From assembly GCA_902518955.1 (NCBI GenBank), contig CABYIR010000003.1, forward strand, positions 17,259 through 81,258: a DNA stretch of 64,000 nt. Direction: 5' to 3'. The stretch is from an uncultured Pelagibacteraceae bacterium (lineage in GTDB: Bacteria > Pseudomonadota > Alphaproteobacteria > Pelagibacterales > AG-422-B15). The stretch's first letter is position 1; each line of letters starts with the position of its first letter. The notes beneath the pieces were generated by a model. It was not told the origin of the DNA, ran no database searches, and saw only the letters and a list, made by a program, of their open reading frames with translations. A program made the translations under genes and the position numbers. This document shows positions 32,720 through 43,639 of this stretch, piece by piece.

Positions 32720-33985
32720 CTAAGCGCCTGTTTCTGAAGCCTTTTTATTATCTGAGTAGATGTATAAAGGTCGTGCTCTGCCCTCAGCCACTTCAGCATT
32801 AATAACTACTTCTTCAACTCCTTCAAGTGAAGGAAGTTCAAACATTGTATCAAGCAGTATATTTTCAAGAATTGATCTTAATCCCCTCGCACCGGTTTTT
32901 CTTTCAATTGCTTTTTTTGCAATAACTTTTAATGCATCTTTTGAAAGAATTAATTTTACATCCTCCATGCTAAACAAGGTCTGATATTGTTTAATAAGGG
33001 CATTCTTAGGTTCTTGAAGTATTTTGATCAGAGATTCTTCATCTAAATCTTCAAGCGTTGTAACAATAGGTAATCTTCCAACAAACTCTGGGATTAATCC
33101 ATAGTTTAATAAATCTTCGGGCTCTAAATCGTTCAACGCCATACTTATATTTTTTACTTCAGCCGATTTTACATTTGCTTGAAAGCCCATACCAGAACCT
33201 TTAGCTCTCCTATTAATTAATTTATCTAACCCTGAAAATGCACCTCCACAAATAAATAATATATTGGTTGTATCAACTTGTAAGAATTCTTGCTGCGGAT
33301 GTTTTCTTCCGCCTTGAGGAGGTACGCTTGCAACTGTTCCCTCCATTATTTTTAACAATGCCTGCTGAACTCCTTCACCTGATACATCTCTTGTAATTGA
33401 TGGATTCTCTGATTTTCGACTAACTTTATCGATTTCGTCTATATATACAATTCCTCTCTGAGCCTTTTCAACATTATAGTCAGAAGCTTGTAGAAGTTTG
33501 AGGATAATATTTTCAACATCTTCACCAACGTAGCCGGCTTCAGTGAGAGTCGTGGCATCAGCCATTGTAAATGGAACGTCAAGAATTCTAGCTAGAGTTT
33601 GAGCTAATAGAGTTTTGCCACAACCTGTAGGCCCTATTAATAAAATATTTGATTTAGAGAGTTCTACATCTGATTTAGATGCTGAATGTTCAATTCTTTT
33701 ATAATGATTATGAACTGCAACAGAAAGATTGTACTTTGCTCCCTTTTGACCAATAACAAAATCATCTAAATTTGCACATATTTCTTTTGGTGTTGGAATT
33801 TTTCCAGAACTTTTTGAATTATTTTCTTTGTTTTCTTCTTGAATAATATCATTGCATAACTCAACACACTCATCACATATAAAAACGGTTGGGCCAGCTA
33901 TAAGTTTTTTTACCTCATGTTGGCTTTTGCCACAAAATGAGCAATACAAAGTATTTTTATTTTTATCAGTACTATTTTCAGTCAT
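32720..33985 (-). CDS. clpX: ClpX ATPase (start set at MTENST)
   Basis: CSFCGK..CDEC zinc finger, [18 protein letters not shown]. Confidence 0.97.
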   Translation of the reverse strand: MTENSTDKNKNTLYCSFCGKSQHEVKKLIAGPTVFICDECVELCNDIIQEENKENNSKSSGKIPTPKEICANLDDFVIGQKGAKYNLSVAVHNHYKRIEHSASKSDVELSKSNILLIGPTGCGKTLLAQTLARILDVPFTMADATTLTEAGYVGEDVENIILKLLQASDYNVEKAQRGIVYIDEIDKVSRKSENPSITRDVSGEGVQQALLKIMEGTVASVPPQGGRKHPQQEFLQVDTTNILFICGGAFSGLDKLINRRAKGSGMGFQANVKSAEVKNISMALNDLEPEDLLNYGLIPEFVGRLPIVTTLEDLDEESLIKILQEPKNALIKQYQTLFSMEDVKLILSKDALKVIAKKAIERKTGARGLRSILENILLDTMFELPSLEGVEEVVINAEVAEGRARPLYIYSDNKKASETGA

Positions 33986-34142
33986 ATCAAAATAATAGTT
34001 ATGCAATAAGTCAAAAATAAGTATTTCTTTCGAATCATTACAAATATAAAAGAACCATTTATTTTAAAAAAATTCAATATTTATTCGAAATTTGATCTGG
34101 AAAAACTGTTTGTAAACAATGAATTAAAGAATTTTTTTGAGG

Positions 34143-34763
34143 CTATTTCTCGATTTTTGGGACTCTTTTTTCTTGAATTTCGTCAATAATTCCAAATTTT
34201 TTTGCGGCTTCAGGATCCATAAAGTTGTCTCGCTCAAGGGCTTCTTCAATTACTTTTACATCTTGTCCAGTATGTTTTGAGTATAAATTGTTTAGTTTAC
34301 TCTTAGTTGAAGCAATTTCTTTTGCATGAATTTCAATGTCTGTAGCTTGACCTTGAAAACCTGCTGATGGCTGATGAACCATAATTCTACTATTAGGCAA
34401 TGCAAATCTTTTGCCTTTTTCTCCTGCCGCGAGGAGAAACGATCCCATAGAGGCGGCTTGACCAAAACATAATGTAGAAACTGGACACTGAATGAATTGC
34501 ATAGTGTCATATATAGCTAACCCATCAGATACAACCCCTCCTGGAGAATTTATATATAAGTAAATTTCCTTTTCAGGATCTTCGGACTCTAAAAATAATA
34601 ATTGCGCTGAAATTAAGGATGCTAATCCATCATGTACTGGGCCAACTAAAAAAATAATTCTTTCTTTTAATAACCTTGAATAAATATCATATGCTCTCTC
34701 ACCTTTACCAGTCTGCTCAACAACCATTGGTATAAGATTATTCATTGAAACTTTGTCATTCAT
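34143..34763 (-). CDS. clpP: ClpP protease
   Basis: [25 protein letters not shown]. Confidence 0.98.
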   Translation of the reverse strand: MNDKVSMNNLIPMVVEQTGKGERAYDIYSRLLKERIIFLVGPVHDGLASLISAQLLFLESEDPEKEIYLYINSPGGVVSDGLAIYDTMQFIQCPVSTLCFGQAASMGSFLLAAGEKGKRFALPNSRIMVHQPSAGFQGQATDIEIHAKEIASTKSKLNNLYSKHTGQDVKVIEEALERDNFMDPEAAKKFGIIDEIQEKRVPKIEK

Positions 34764-34766
34764 AAT

Positions 34767-36194
34767 TTATTTCTTTGCAGCTTTCTTTTTATTAGTAGTC
34801 TTTTTAACAGTCTTCTTCTTTACTGTTTTCTTTTTATCTGATGAAGATTTTTCTATGTTTCCACTATTATAAATTTTTATGAACGAATCAACATCTATAT
34901 CAGTAGATTTTAGCTTAACTTTTTCGAGTATAAAGTCCAAAATTTTACTTTCATAGATTGGAGCCTGTAACTGCGTCATTGCATCCTGATTATTCTTGTA
35001 ATACTCAATAACTTTCTGTTCTTGACCCCTAAAATTCATTGCATATTCGTATAGAGCTTTATTCATTTCATCTTGCGTTACCTGAATATTATTCAATCGA
35101 CCAACTTCTTGGAGCACCAGACCAAGCTGAATTCTTTTAGTGGCCTCATCTTTAAACTTCTTTTCACTGGCACTTGATAGTTTTTGGTCTTTGATTTCTT
35201 TTTTATGATCATCTGAAGCTGGATTCTGTGAAGTTAAATGACCTTGTTTTAAATTATTAAATTCAGTTTCAATTAATCCTTCTGGCATTTCAAAATTATG
35301 CTCTTTTTCAAGAATATCGAATAAATTTTTTTTAGAGATATTTTTAGTAAGATCATCATATTCTTTTTGCATTTGATCTTTAACCTTAGTTTTAAGATCT
35401 TTTAAGTCCTCAGTACCAACAGACTTTGCAAAAGAGTCATCAATCTTTGTTTCCTTAGGTGATCCAATTTTTTTAATTTTACATTCGAAAACGGCATTTG
35501 CACCTTTTAAATCTTCAGCTTGATAGTTATCTGGAAACTTAACAGGGATTTTTTTTGTATCTCCAGCCTTTAGGCCAATTAAACCATCTTCGAGATCTTT
35601 TAAATACTGACCCGATCCAATTACTATCGTTTGCTCCTCTGCTTTGCCTCCATCAAAATTCTTTCCATCAATTGTACCTTCATAGTCTAAATGAACAGAG
35701 TCATCTTTTTTAGCTTTGTATTCATCTGGTTGATCTTTAAATGACTTTTGATTTTTAGCAATAAGCTCAACTCTCTGATCAACCTCTTTATCTTTAATTT
35801 TAACTTTATAAGCATCAATATTTAACTTTTCAAAATTTACTAATTCAATTTCAGGGAAAAGTTCCATTTCAAAAGTAAAAATTGTATCCTCAGACTCGTT
35901 TTTCTTTTCTTTTAAATCAACTTTAGGTTGCGCTATTGGTCTAAATTTTTTTTCTTGAACTATATTGAATACATTATCATTTATAATTTTATTTAATACT
36001 TCCGCTTTAATGGAGTCTCCATGTTTTTGACTCACAATTGAAGCTGGAACTTTTCCAGGTCTAAAACCATCAACTTTAATAGTTTTTCTTATTTCTTCAG
36101 TCTTTTGATTTACTCCATCATTAAGTTCTTCGGATTTAATAATTACCTCATAACCTCTTTTAAGACCTTTATTTATTATTTCTTTATAATTCAT
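34767..36194 (-). CDS. tig: Trigger factor
   Basis: GFRPGKVP signature, FKBP domain, position upstream of clpP. Confidence 0.96.
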   Translation of the reverse strand: MNYKEIINKGLKRGYEVIIKSEELNDGVNQKTEEIRKTIKVDGFRPGKVPASIVSQKHGDSIKAEVLNKIINDNVFNIVQEKKFRPIAQPKVDLKEKKNESEDTIFTFEMELFPEIELVNFEKLNIDAYKVKIKDKEVDQRVELIAKNQKSFKDQPDEYKAKKDDSVHLDYEGTIDGKNFDGGKAEEQTIVIGSGQYLKDLEDGLIGLKAGDTKKIPVKFPDNYQAEDLKGANAVFECKIKKIGSPKETKIDDSFAKSVGTEDLKDLKTKVKDQMQKEYDDLTKNISKKNLFDILEKEHNFEMPEGLIETEFNNLKQGHLTSQNPASDDHKKEIKDQKLSSASEKKFKDEATKRIQLGLVLQEVGRLNNIQVTQDEMNKALYEYAMNFRGQEQKVIEYYKNNQDAMTQLQAPIYESKILDFILEKVKLKSTDIDVDSFIKIYNSGNIEKSSSDKKKTVKKKTVKKTTNKKKAAKK

Positions 36195-36204
36195 ATAAAC
36201 TCTT

Positions 36205-36289
36205 TGGTGCGGCTAGAGGGACTCGAACCCCCATGAGTTGCCTCACTGGTACCTAAAACCAGCGTGTCTACCAATTCCACCATAGCCGC
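36205..36289 (-). tRNA. tRNA-Leu(TAG)
   Basis: 85 nt, long variable arm, anticodon arm CTGGT-TTTAGGT-ACCAG, encoded CCA. Confidence 0.97.
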
Positions 36290-36505
36290 GATTAATAGAA
36301 AATGCAAAATAGACTATTTTTTAGATGTTTACATCTATTTTTTCTAAGGAGCTAAAATTTTGATTTAAGAGATTTTTTAAGATATGCCTATCTGCTATCA
36401 ATAATGATTAAGCTATTAAAAAACAATTATATAATATTTCAATTTCTTGGTATATTCTTTCGTAATTAATCAATTATAATCTTTAACAACTTTAAAAAGG
36501 TATTT

Positions 36506-36856
36506 ATGAAAATCATTACACTATTTACTTTATCACTACTCTTAATAGGTTGTGCTACATCTCCTGATAAATTGAGTACGCAGTATATTCCAGCTTCATC
36601 ATATTCTAACCTTGACTGTGATCAAATAGCTGCGTCATTAAGACAAAAAAATAATAGACTCGAAAGTTTATATGCTAAGCTTGATAAAACAGCTTCAGAT
36701 GATGCAACTCAGATGGCTGTTGGAATGTTACTATTCTGGCCCACATTATTCTTCTTAGAAGGTGGAGATTCACCAGAAGCAGCAGAATACTCCAGATTAA
36801 AAGGTGAAGTTGACGCATTGAATGAAGCTTCTGTTTTAAAGAAGTGTGGATATTAA
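36506..36856 (+). CDS. Lipoprotein of unknown function
   Basis: Lipobox LLIGC; AAGG SD; internal hydrophobic stretch. Confidence 0.85.
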   Translation: MKIITLFTLSLLLIGCATSPDKLSTQYIPASSYSNLDCDQIAASLRQKNNRLESLYAKLDKTASDDATQMAVGMLLFWPTLFFLEGGDSPEAAEYSRLKGEVDALNEASVLKKCGY

Positions 36857-36910
36857 TTTATATATTTAAATTTAAATTTTTAATTAATTGTGTACCTATT
36901 AGAATAATAG

Positions 36911-36949
36911 CACTCATTAATATTAAATTTTAAAATTATCTAATGAGTG
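36911..36949. terminator. Hairpin between convergent genes
   Basis: CACTCATTA ... TAATGAGTG arms with an internal AATTTTAAAATT palindrome. Confidence 0.45.
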
Positions 36950-36964
36950 TATTTACTAAAATTG

Positions 36965-37585
36965 TTAAAATGTATTAAGTATTTCAGAACTTTTTTTATC
37001 GTACTGATCTTGAGAAATAAGCCCATCATCAAGTAAAGATTTTAATTCTCTTAATTTTTCAGTGGTAGATTTTTGAGAAGTATTATTGCTATCATTAAAT
37101 TCTAATTTTGATTTTAGAATTCTATAGTCAACTACTTGTCTAATGAAATCTGGATCCTCAATTTCGTTGGCTTTGACAACAACTAAGCACTTATTATTAT
37201 CAATGCCTCTATCTTTTATTTTATCTTTACAATTATTAAGTGTTGTACGCATCTCATGATAACCCCAGCCTGCTGCATGAGCATCTCTTTGTTCAGTAAC
37301 AAAGTAAAATATAGGATTTTCAAACTTTCTACTTGTCAAATTTTTATTTAATACAATAATTTTATGCTGCCAATTACTTTTCAAATAACGATTATATTGA
37401 GGTACAAAACTATAAAAATCTTTTCTACAGTCTTTAATATTTAACGCTTCACACAAAAGATCTGGAGGAAAATTTCTAATATTTTCAGAATAAGCAGATG
37501 AAAAATTAAAAAAAATAGCAATAAAAATAAAAAATAAAAAATTACATATCTTTTTCATAACCTTATTACCTACAAAGTCTTTCAT
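36965..37585 (-). CDS. Secreted protein with C-terminal SHOCT domain
   Basis: Signal peptide from MKKICN; EKLRELKSLLDDGLISQDQYDKK. Confidence 0.8.
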   Translation of the reverse strand: MKDFVGNKVMKKICNFLFFIFIAIFFNFSSAYSENIRNFPPDLLCEALNIKDCRKDFYSFVPQYNRYLKSNWQHKIIVLNKNLTSRKFENPIFYFVTEQRDAHAAGWGYHEMRTTLNNCKDKIKDRGIDNNKCLVVVKANEIEDPDFIRQVVDYRILKSKLEFNDSNNTSQKSTTEKLRELKSLLDDGLISQDQYDKKSSEILNTF

Positions 37586-38520
37586 AGCTCATCAAGAAGT
37601 TGAGAGCTTTTCTCATCATACTGATCTTTAGAAATTAATCCATCGTCTAGTAAAATCTTTAGCTCTTCAAGTTTTGATTTAACTGTATTGTTATCTTTCT
37701 TTTTTACTTCTGCTTTATCCTTGATATTTAATATATCTCTACATTTATAAATAGTTAGACTTCTAGAAGTAGCCTCTTCAACATAATCATTATACTTTAC
37801 CCAACCAGATCCATCATTTTTCATAGCGCTCCTGCATACTGAAAAATTAGATAAATTAGAAAACTTTGAACTTGAATCTGAAAGACTGTTCGAATTGGCA
37901 AACGAACCATCTTTTAGCAATTTACCGAATATTGAAAAATTTGAAGAATCTCCATTTAAAGCCCTCGCTAAACCATTCATTCCAGTCTCACCAATTGCTA
38001 TTAGAGTATTCTTATTATTCATTTCAATCATGTTAATACTTCGTAATGGGTAATATAAGTCATAATAATAGTACTTAATTGGCGTATTCATTGTTCTTGT
38101 ATTTAAATTAATATGAAGCCAATTATCGTTTCTTTCACTGATACAATATGTTCTTTGTGGATTTGACCTTTTTGCACCCTGAGCTAGAATATTCTTTGCC
38201 TCATCTTGAATCCATTCACCGCATTTTTTCATTGATCCTCCCGCCCAAGTATCTGCACCTGATTGAACGTATGGTATGGCTAAATAGAGTTCACCACCAT
38301 CATTTTCATTTATTAAAGTCGCTTTCCACCATAACTTCCAATTCATTCCGCCTTTTTCACTTTCAGTCGCTTTCCATTTTCCAGGTGGCAAAGGAACATT
38401 TAATTTTTTATTTTTAAAATTAGTTATTTGACTTTCGTAAATATTGCCTACAACTATCTCTTGTGAAAAAATTTGAAAAGGAAAGATTATGAGTAAAAAT
38501 AGATATAAATAAAAATTCAT
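37582..38520 (-). CDS. Secreted protein with C-terminal SHOCT domain
   Basis: Signal peptide; SKLEELKILLDDGLISKDQYDEK; ATGA overlap with the next gene. Confidence 0.8.
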   Translation of the reverse strand: MNFYLYLFLLIIFPFQIFSQEIVVGNIYESQITNFKNKKLNVPLPPGKWKATESEKGGMNWKLWWKATLINENDGGELYLAIPYVQSGADTWAGGSMKKCGEWIQDEAKNILAQGAKRSNPQRTYCISERNDNWLHINLNTRTMNTPIKYYYYDLYYPLRSINMIEMNNKNTLIAIGETGMNGLARALNGDSSNFSIFGKLLKDGSFANSNSLSDSSSKFSNLSNFSVCRSAMKNDGSGWVKYNDYVEEATSRSLTIYKCRDILNIKDKAEVKKKDNNTVKSKLEELKILLDDGLISKDQYDEKSSQLLDEL

Positions 38521-38827
38521 AATATTGTCTTGCCTTTCAATCCTATTTAACAGTAGTTATTTAATCCCTAAAAAACTATATAAGTGATATAAAAATAAAA
38601 AATCACAAAAATTAACAGTTTTTTGAATTCATAATACTTTCATAATGTTAATAGGTAATTGCTTCTTAAACAAGTGTATCAAATAATTTAATCAAATCCT
38701 CGATAAGGAGAAAATAAAAAATAAAAGATTTGAAACAAGTTTATACTAAAATTAGAGCGTCACAGCCAAATTTAATATTTAATATCTATTTTACATGACC
38801 AAAAATTAAATTACTGTCTAATTAAAT

Positions 38828-39796
38828 ATGAACTATCTTGTCACAGGAGGTGCTGGTTATATTGGCAGCCATATGGTTAAAGTGCTACAGGAGCACAACC
38901 ATGATGTGACTGTTATAGATAACCTATCTACAGGATTTAGAGACCTTATCAGCGATTGTGAGATTATTAATATAGATATTAGAGATAAATCATTAGTCGA
39001 TAAAACTTTATCTAAGAGAAATTATAATGGAGTATTTCATTTTGCGGCAAAATCAATTGTAAATGAGTCATTCAAAATGCCAGACGAATATAGAAAAAAT
39101 AATGTTGAAGGAACAATGAATCTAATTGACTCAATGAAAAAATATGAAATTAACAATTTGATATTTTCATCAAGTGCGGCTGTCTACGGAAATAGTTATA
39201 ATAAAATCATTAGAGAAACTGATAACCTCAATCCATCAAATCCATATGGAAAAACTAAAGTTGAGTCAGAAAATATAATAAGTAATTATTGTGAAGCAAA
39301 AGATCTTAGAGCTATAAGCTTTAGATACTTTAATGCTGCTGGAGCTCATCCTTCTGGTACGATTGGTGAAAAACACGAACCTGAAACGCATTTGATACCA
39401 AACTTAATAAAATCAATAATTAATAATCAATATAATTTTGAATTATATGGTGGAAAAGATAATCTGACTAATGATGGAACGTGTGTAAGAGATTATATTC
39501 ATGTAAGTGACATAGTAAATGCTCACTACATAGGCATGAAGAAAATTCAAAATTTAAAACCATATAATGTTTTTAATATTGGAAGTGGCAAAGGATATTC
39601 AATCATGGAAGTAATAAGTGGTGTTGAGGCTGTTACAAATAAGAAAATTGATTATAAACATTCAGAAGAAAGACAAAATGAACCCTCATATCTTGTTGCC
39701 GATATTTCGAAAATTAAAAATCAATTAGAATGGTCAATAGAATATAATACTATCGAGTCAATTATTGAAACTGCATGGAACTGGCATAGAAAATGA
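38828..39796 (+). CDS. galE: UDP-glucose 4-epimerase
   Basis: TGGAGYIGSH, YGKTK, RYFNAAGA, DGTCVRDYIHV. Confidence 0.95.
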   Translation: MNYLVTGGAGYIGSHMVKVLQEHNHDVTVIDNLSTGFRDLISDCEIINIDIRDKSLVDKTLSKRNYNGVFHFAAKSIVNESFKMPDEYRKNNVEGTMNLIDSMKKYEINNLIFSSSAAVYGNSYNKIIRETDNLNPSNPYGKTKVESENIISNYCEAKDLRAISFRYFNAAGAHPSGTIGEKHEPETHLIPNLIKSIINNQYNFELYGGKDNLTNDGTCVRDYIHVSDIVNAHYIGMKKIQNLKPYNVFNIGSGKGYSIMEVISGVEAVTNKKIDYKHSEERQNEPSYLVADISKIKNQLEWSIEYNTIESIIETAWNWHRK

Positions 39797-40731
39797 AAAA
39801 TATAGTTTTTTTAGATCGAGATACATTCCCAAAAAGAATATCTATACCAAGGCCAAACTTTAAAAATAGTTGGAAAGATTATTCATTTACAAGAAAAAAT
39901 GAGATTATAAGTAGAATTAGAAAAGCGCATATAATTGTCACAAATAAAACTCAATTAAAACGCTCAACATTAAAATACGCAAAGAATTTAGAACTAATAG
40001 CAATTACTGCCACTGGAACAAACATAATTGATTTAGATTATTGTAAAGATAAAAAAATAAACATTTGTAATCTTAGAGACTATGCTTCTATTTCAGTCGC
40101 CGAGCATGTTTTTGCTCTAATTCTCTCACTATTTAAACAGTTAAAAGGATTGGAAAAAGATATTAAAAATGATATTTGGCAAAAAAGTAAAGTTTTTGCC
40201 TTACTTAATAGAAGAATAAGTGATTTACATGATAAAAATATTGGAATAGTTGGCAAAGGTTCAATAGGCAAACAAGTAAAAAAAATTGCATCATCTTTTA
40301 ATATGAACGTACAATTTTTTTCAGTTAGAAATTTCAATAAAGCTCAATTTAAAAAATTCTTATCTGAAAATGATATAATTACTATTCACTGCCCTCTTGA
40401 TAAGAACACACTTAATTTAATTACAACTAAAGAATTTAAGATGATGAAAAAGAGTTCTATTATAATTAATACTGCTCGCGGAGGTATAATTAATGAGATG
40501 GATCTAGTAAATGCTATACAAAAAAAAATAATAGGTGGCGCAGGCATTGACGTAGCAAGTATTGAACCACCCAAAAAAAATCACCCTTATTATAAAATTA
40601 TCAATAAAGAAAATTTTTTATGGACACCTCATACAGCTTGGGCATCAGATAGAACATTAAACTTAGCTATTAAGCAATTAATTAATAATATAGATTCATA
40701 TTATAAAAATAAGCCAAAAAATTTAGTTTAA
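39793..40731 (+). CDS. D-isomer 2-hydroxyacid dehydrogenase (glycerate dehydrogenase/HprA-like)
   Basis: GKGSIG, HCPL, INTARGG, EPP, TPHTAW. Confidence 0.9.
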   Translation: MKNIVFLDRDTFPKRISIPRPNFKNSWKDYSFTRKNEIISRIRKAHIIVTNKTQLKRSTLKYAKNLELIAITATGTNIIDLDYCKDKKINICNLRDYASISVAEHVFALILSLFKQLKGLEKDIKNDIWQKSKVFALLNRRISDLHDKNIGIVGKGSIGKQVKKIASSFNMNVQFFSVRNFNKAQFKKFLSENDIITIHCPLDKNTLNLITTKEFKMMKKSSIIINTARGGIINEMDLVNAIQKKIIGGAGIDVASIEPPKKNHPYYKIINKENFLWTPHTAWASDRTLNLAIKQLINNIDSYYKNKPKNLV

Positions 40732-41597
40732 GAATTATCTTTCTTATTTTCTTTGTGAATAAAAAACACTGATCCTAAAATTAAGATTCCTCCAACAATT
40801 TCATAAATACTTAATGTTTCAGCAAATATAATAAAGGCTAATATTAATCCAAAAATTGGGAATAAAGAATAAAAAGGTAATACATTTGAAATAGGATAAA
40901 ACTTATATAAATAAAACATTCCTGCGTGGCCAATTGCTGAGACAATTAATGCAGTATGAAGAACTGTAAAGACTGCCAATCCATTTATAGGCATCAAATA
41001 ATTGAGTGGGTTTCCATCAATGATAAGTGTCATCACTGCAACGGGTATAAATGCAATAAGTCCTTGCCAGCCATTAAGAGTTGCGGTGTCAACTTCTTTT
41101 AATACTCTTGCCATAAGATTTGAAAAAGCATAGAAAAATGCCATTACTATTACTAATATCAATCCAAACTTGTCATTAATAATTCTTGGGTCATAAGCAA
41201 CAATAACTATTCCAATGAAAGATAAAAATATAAGAACCCAACGTTTTAATGAAATATTCTCTCTTAAGAAAACTAAACTAAGCATTAAACCAAATGGAAT
41301 TGATAATTGTGCTCCAATAATAATTGGTGCAACAATTGATAATTTCTCCAAAGCATAATACATTGTTACGTAAGTTCCAATTCCCATAGCAAGAGAAAAC
41401 CCTAGCAAAGGCTTTAATAAATGTTTTTTAGGTGGCTTTAACCTAAAGAAAGGGAGGAAAGCTAAAAAAATTAAGCCAAGTCTTAGGGCAGTAAATAATA
41501 AAGGAGGAATAGTATCTATTCCAAGTTTTCCAACTGGGTAAGAGCTTCCATACAAAACCATTATGATTAGTACTAGAATAAGATGCTTTGATTGCAT
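40728..41597 (-). CDS. EamA/DMT family transporter
   Basis: Ten TM helices in two repeats; PPLLFTALR, FLRE. Confidence 0.9.
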   Translation of the reverse strand: MQSKHLILVLIIMVLYGSSYPVGKLGIDTIPPLLFTALRLGLIFLAFLPFFRLKPPKKHLLKPLLGFSLAMGIGTYVTMYYALEKLSIVAPIIIGAQLSIPFGLMLSLVFLRENISLKRWVLIFLSFIGIVIVAYDPRIINDKFGLILVIVMAFFYAFSNLMARVLKEVDTATLNGWQGLIAFIPVAVMTLIIDGNPLNYLMPINGLAVFTVLHTALIVSAIGHAGMFYLYKFYPISNVLPFYSLFPIFGLILAFIIFAETLSIYEIVGGILILGSVFFIHKENKKDNS

Positions 41598-41649
41598 TTA
41601 TTAAATCTAATTGATTAAATACTTAATACAACTCAAAGAATTTAGAGTT

Positions 41650-41781
41650 TCATTTGTTTCTAGGGGAGCAACGTTTTGAACAATATTTTACATTGCCCCA
41701 ATTTAATTCCCATTTTTTTCTCCATGAGAATTCTTTTTTACAAGTAATACAAATCTTAGTTGGCAGATTTTGTTTCTTCAT
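41650..41781 (-). CDS. DUF2256-like small Cys/Trp-rich protein (43 aa, absent from the ORF track)
   Basis: Manual translation MKKQNLPTKICITCKKEFSWRKKWELNWGNVKYCSKRCSPRNK. Confidence 0.88.
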   Translation of the reverse strand: MKKQNLPTKICITCKKEFSWRKKWELNWGNVKYCSKRCSPRNK

Positions 41782-41803
41782 TAATAGACATATTCATTAT
41801 AGT

Positions 41804-43639
41804 TTAGATACATTGACCATTTAAAAAACTATCATAATAAACTGAGACTTCTTTTTTAGATAATGTTGTACGATCAAATAGATCATCAAAAATAATACAT
41901 TTTTGTTCAATAGATAAATTTTCACTTGATAGATTTTGTATTATAGAATCTGATGATAATATTGCATTATTCATTTTTATACCTTGATCATTCTCAGTAT
42001 CAAATACAATAAATTTTTCGTTACTTTTATTTACCCAATGATCCCATTTCATTTTTAGTGGGTATGGATTTGAGTTAGGATTACCGTCATAAGCAAAGTT
42101 CACCCAGTATTGACTCATTAAAATAGATAAGTTTTTATCAAAAATTGCATTTTCTTTCCTATATAAAATTTCAGATAAACTACTTTCTCTTCCATCAATT
42201 ATCTCTGGTGAATTAAAAACAAAACCAATTTCTAAGCCATGAGCTGCTCCTAATAATTTTGAAAAATCCATACCAAGAAAAGATGGTTCTTCGTCCCAAT
42301 CAAATCTATATGAATATACATTGTTAATATTTTTACTTGATATATTTCTAGATAGATTGTCTACAGCATCTAATTTCCATGCATCACTTTCATATCTTGA
42401 ATAAGCGTCATAGAATTTCTCATCTTTTTGTTTTGTCCACAATCCTAATGCTGGATGCATATTTGTAATAAAGCCTGGTAGTACAGTTTTAACAAATCTT
42501 TTATCTCCACTTATAAACAGCTTATTCTCGTCTCGATTTGTTCCTAAAATTATCTCTTTATCTTGAAATTTTCCCCTGACATATGACTCAAAAATACCCT
42601 CCTCTGGAATTATAATTCCATCTGGAATTACATTGGGCACATCAATTAAACCTCCGGCATCTTCTCTGATACGATAAAAACTTATGATCTCTTCTTTAGA
42701 TAGATCTCTTAAATAATTCCCTAAATTATCTTCATCTTCCAATGTCTCTTTTAGAGTCATTGGATTCATGTTGGAGTTTTTTTTATTCAAAATACTTTTA
42801 ATAAAAGTCATTGATCCTGAGACTGGATTATTTCTTGAGTATTCAAGATCATCTGAAACTAGGTAACCGCTCTGTACTATTCCTCTTTGAAATAAGTTCT
42901 TTGCTGATTCAGCGAGATAAAGTGAAAGAACGTTTCGAGCCCCTGCAGACTCGCCAAAAATAGTAATATTATTTGGATCGCCACCAAAAGAGCTGATATT
43001 TTGATTTACCCATTCTAAAGATTTTATCATATCAAGGGTTCCAAAATTTGGCGATTTATCAAGTGGTTCGTTAGAATTGGAATTTAAGTCTGGTACAGAA
43101 AACCAGCCGAAAGGTCCGAGTCTATAATTAACTGAAACGAGAATAACATCATGAAATTTTAGAAAATTAGTAGGTATGTACATAGGAGATGCTGAATAGC
43201 CCCAAGTATTTCCACCTCCGTGAATCCAAAACATTACTGGAAGTTTTTTGTTGCTTTTAAAAGAGTCTGCTGGTGAAAATATGTTTAAATATAAACAATC
43301 TTCAGATCCAAAGATTGTTCCTTCTTTTTGTCCAGTAATTAATTCATCATAAAAATTTGATACTTGAACACATCTATTAGGTAATTTAGTGGCATCAAAA
43401 CGATTTGATGTAAATTCAAAATCACGTGGAGCTTTCCACCTTAACTCTCCTTCTGGTGCTTTGGCATAAGGTATTCCATACCATGCATATATATCTTTTT
43501 GATCCTCTTCATTTATTTTTGTGCCAACAATCTCAACATCATCTAAAACTACTTTTGACCCATCAACGACCTCATTTGAAAAGGAGTGTGCGCCGGTAAA
43601 AGCAAATAAGATTAGAATTGTTACTAAAATTTTTTTCAT
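41804..43639 (-). CDS. Secreted type-B carboxylesterase
   Basis: GIPYA, SEDCLYLNI, WIHGGG, GESAG, GTNRDE, AAHGLE; signal peptide. Confidence 0.93.
   Translation of the reverse strand: MKKILVTILILFAFTGAHSFSNEVVDGSKVVLDDVEIVGTKINEEDQKDIYAWYGIPYAKAPEGELRWKAPRDFEFTSNRFDATKLPNRCVQVSNFYDELITGQKEGTIFGSEDCLYLNIFSPADSFKSNKKLPVMFWIHGGGNTWGYSASPMYIPTNFLKFHDVILVSVNYRLGPFGWFSVPDLNSNSNEPLDKSPNFGTLDMIKSLEWVNQNISSFGGDPNNITIFGESAGARNVLSLYLAESAKNLFQRGIVQSGYLVSDDLEYSRNNPVSGSMTFIKSILNKKNSNMNPMTLKETLEDEDNLGNYLRDLSKEEIISFYRIREDAGGLIDVPNVIPDGIIIPEEGIFESYVRGKFQDKEIILGTNRDENKLFISGDKRFVKTVLPGFITNMHPALGLWTKQKDEKFYDAYSRYESDAWKLDAVDNLSRNISSKNINNVYSYRFDWDEEPSFLGMDFSKLLGAAHGLEIGFVFNSPEIIDGRESSLSEILYRKENAIFDKNLSILMSQYWVNFAYDGNPNSNPYPLKMKWDHWVNKSNEKFIVFDTENDQGIKMNNAILSSDSIIQNLSSENLSIEQKCIIFDDLFDRTTLSKKEVSVYYDSFLNGQCI

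Noticed and set aside
38521-38827. 307-bp intergenic region as a possible ncRNA or riboswitch (also 12435-12637)
   Set aside because: Very AT-rich with no stable stems or known motifs; explained as divergent promoter regions
36290-43635. Prophage or integrative element at tRNA-Leu
   Set aside because: The block lies on the tRNA 5' side; no integrase, att repeat or phage genes seen
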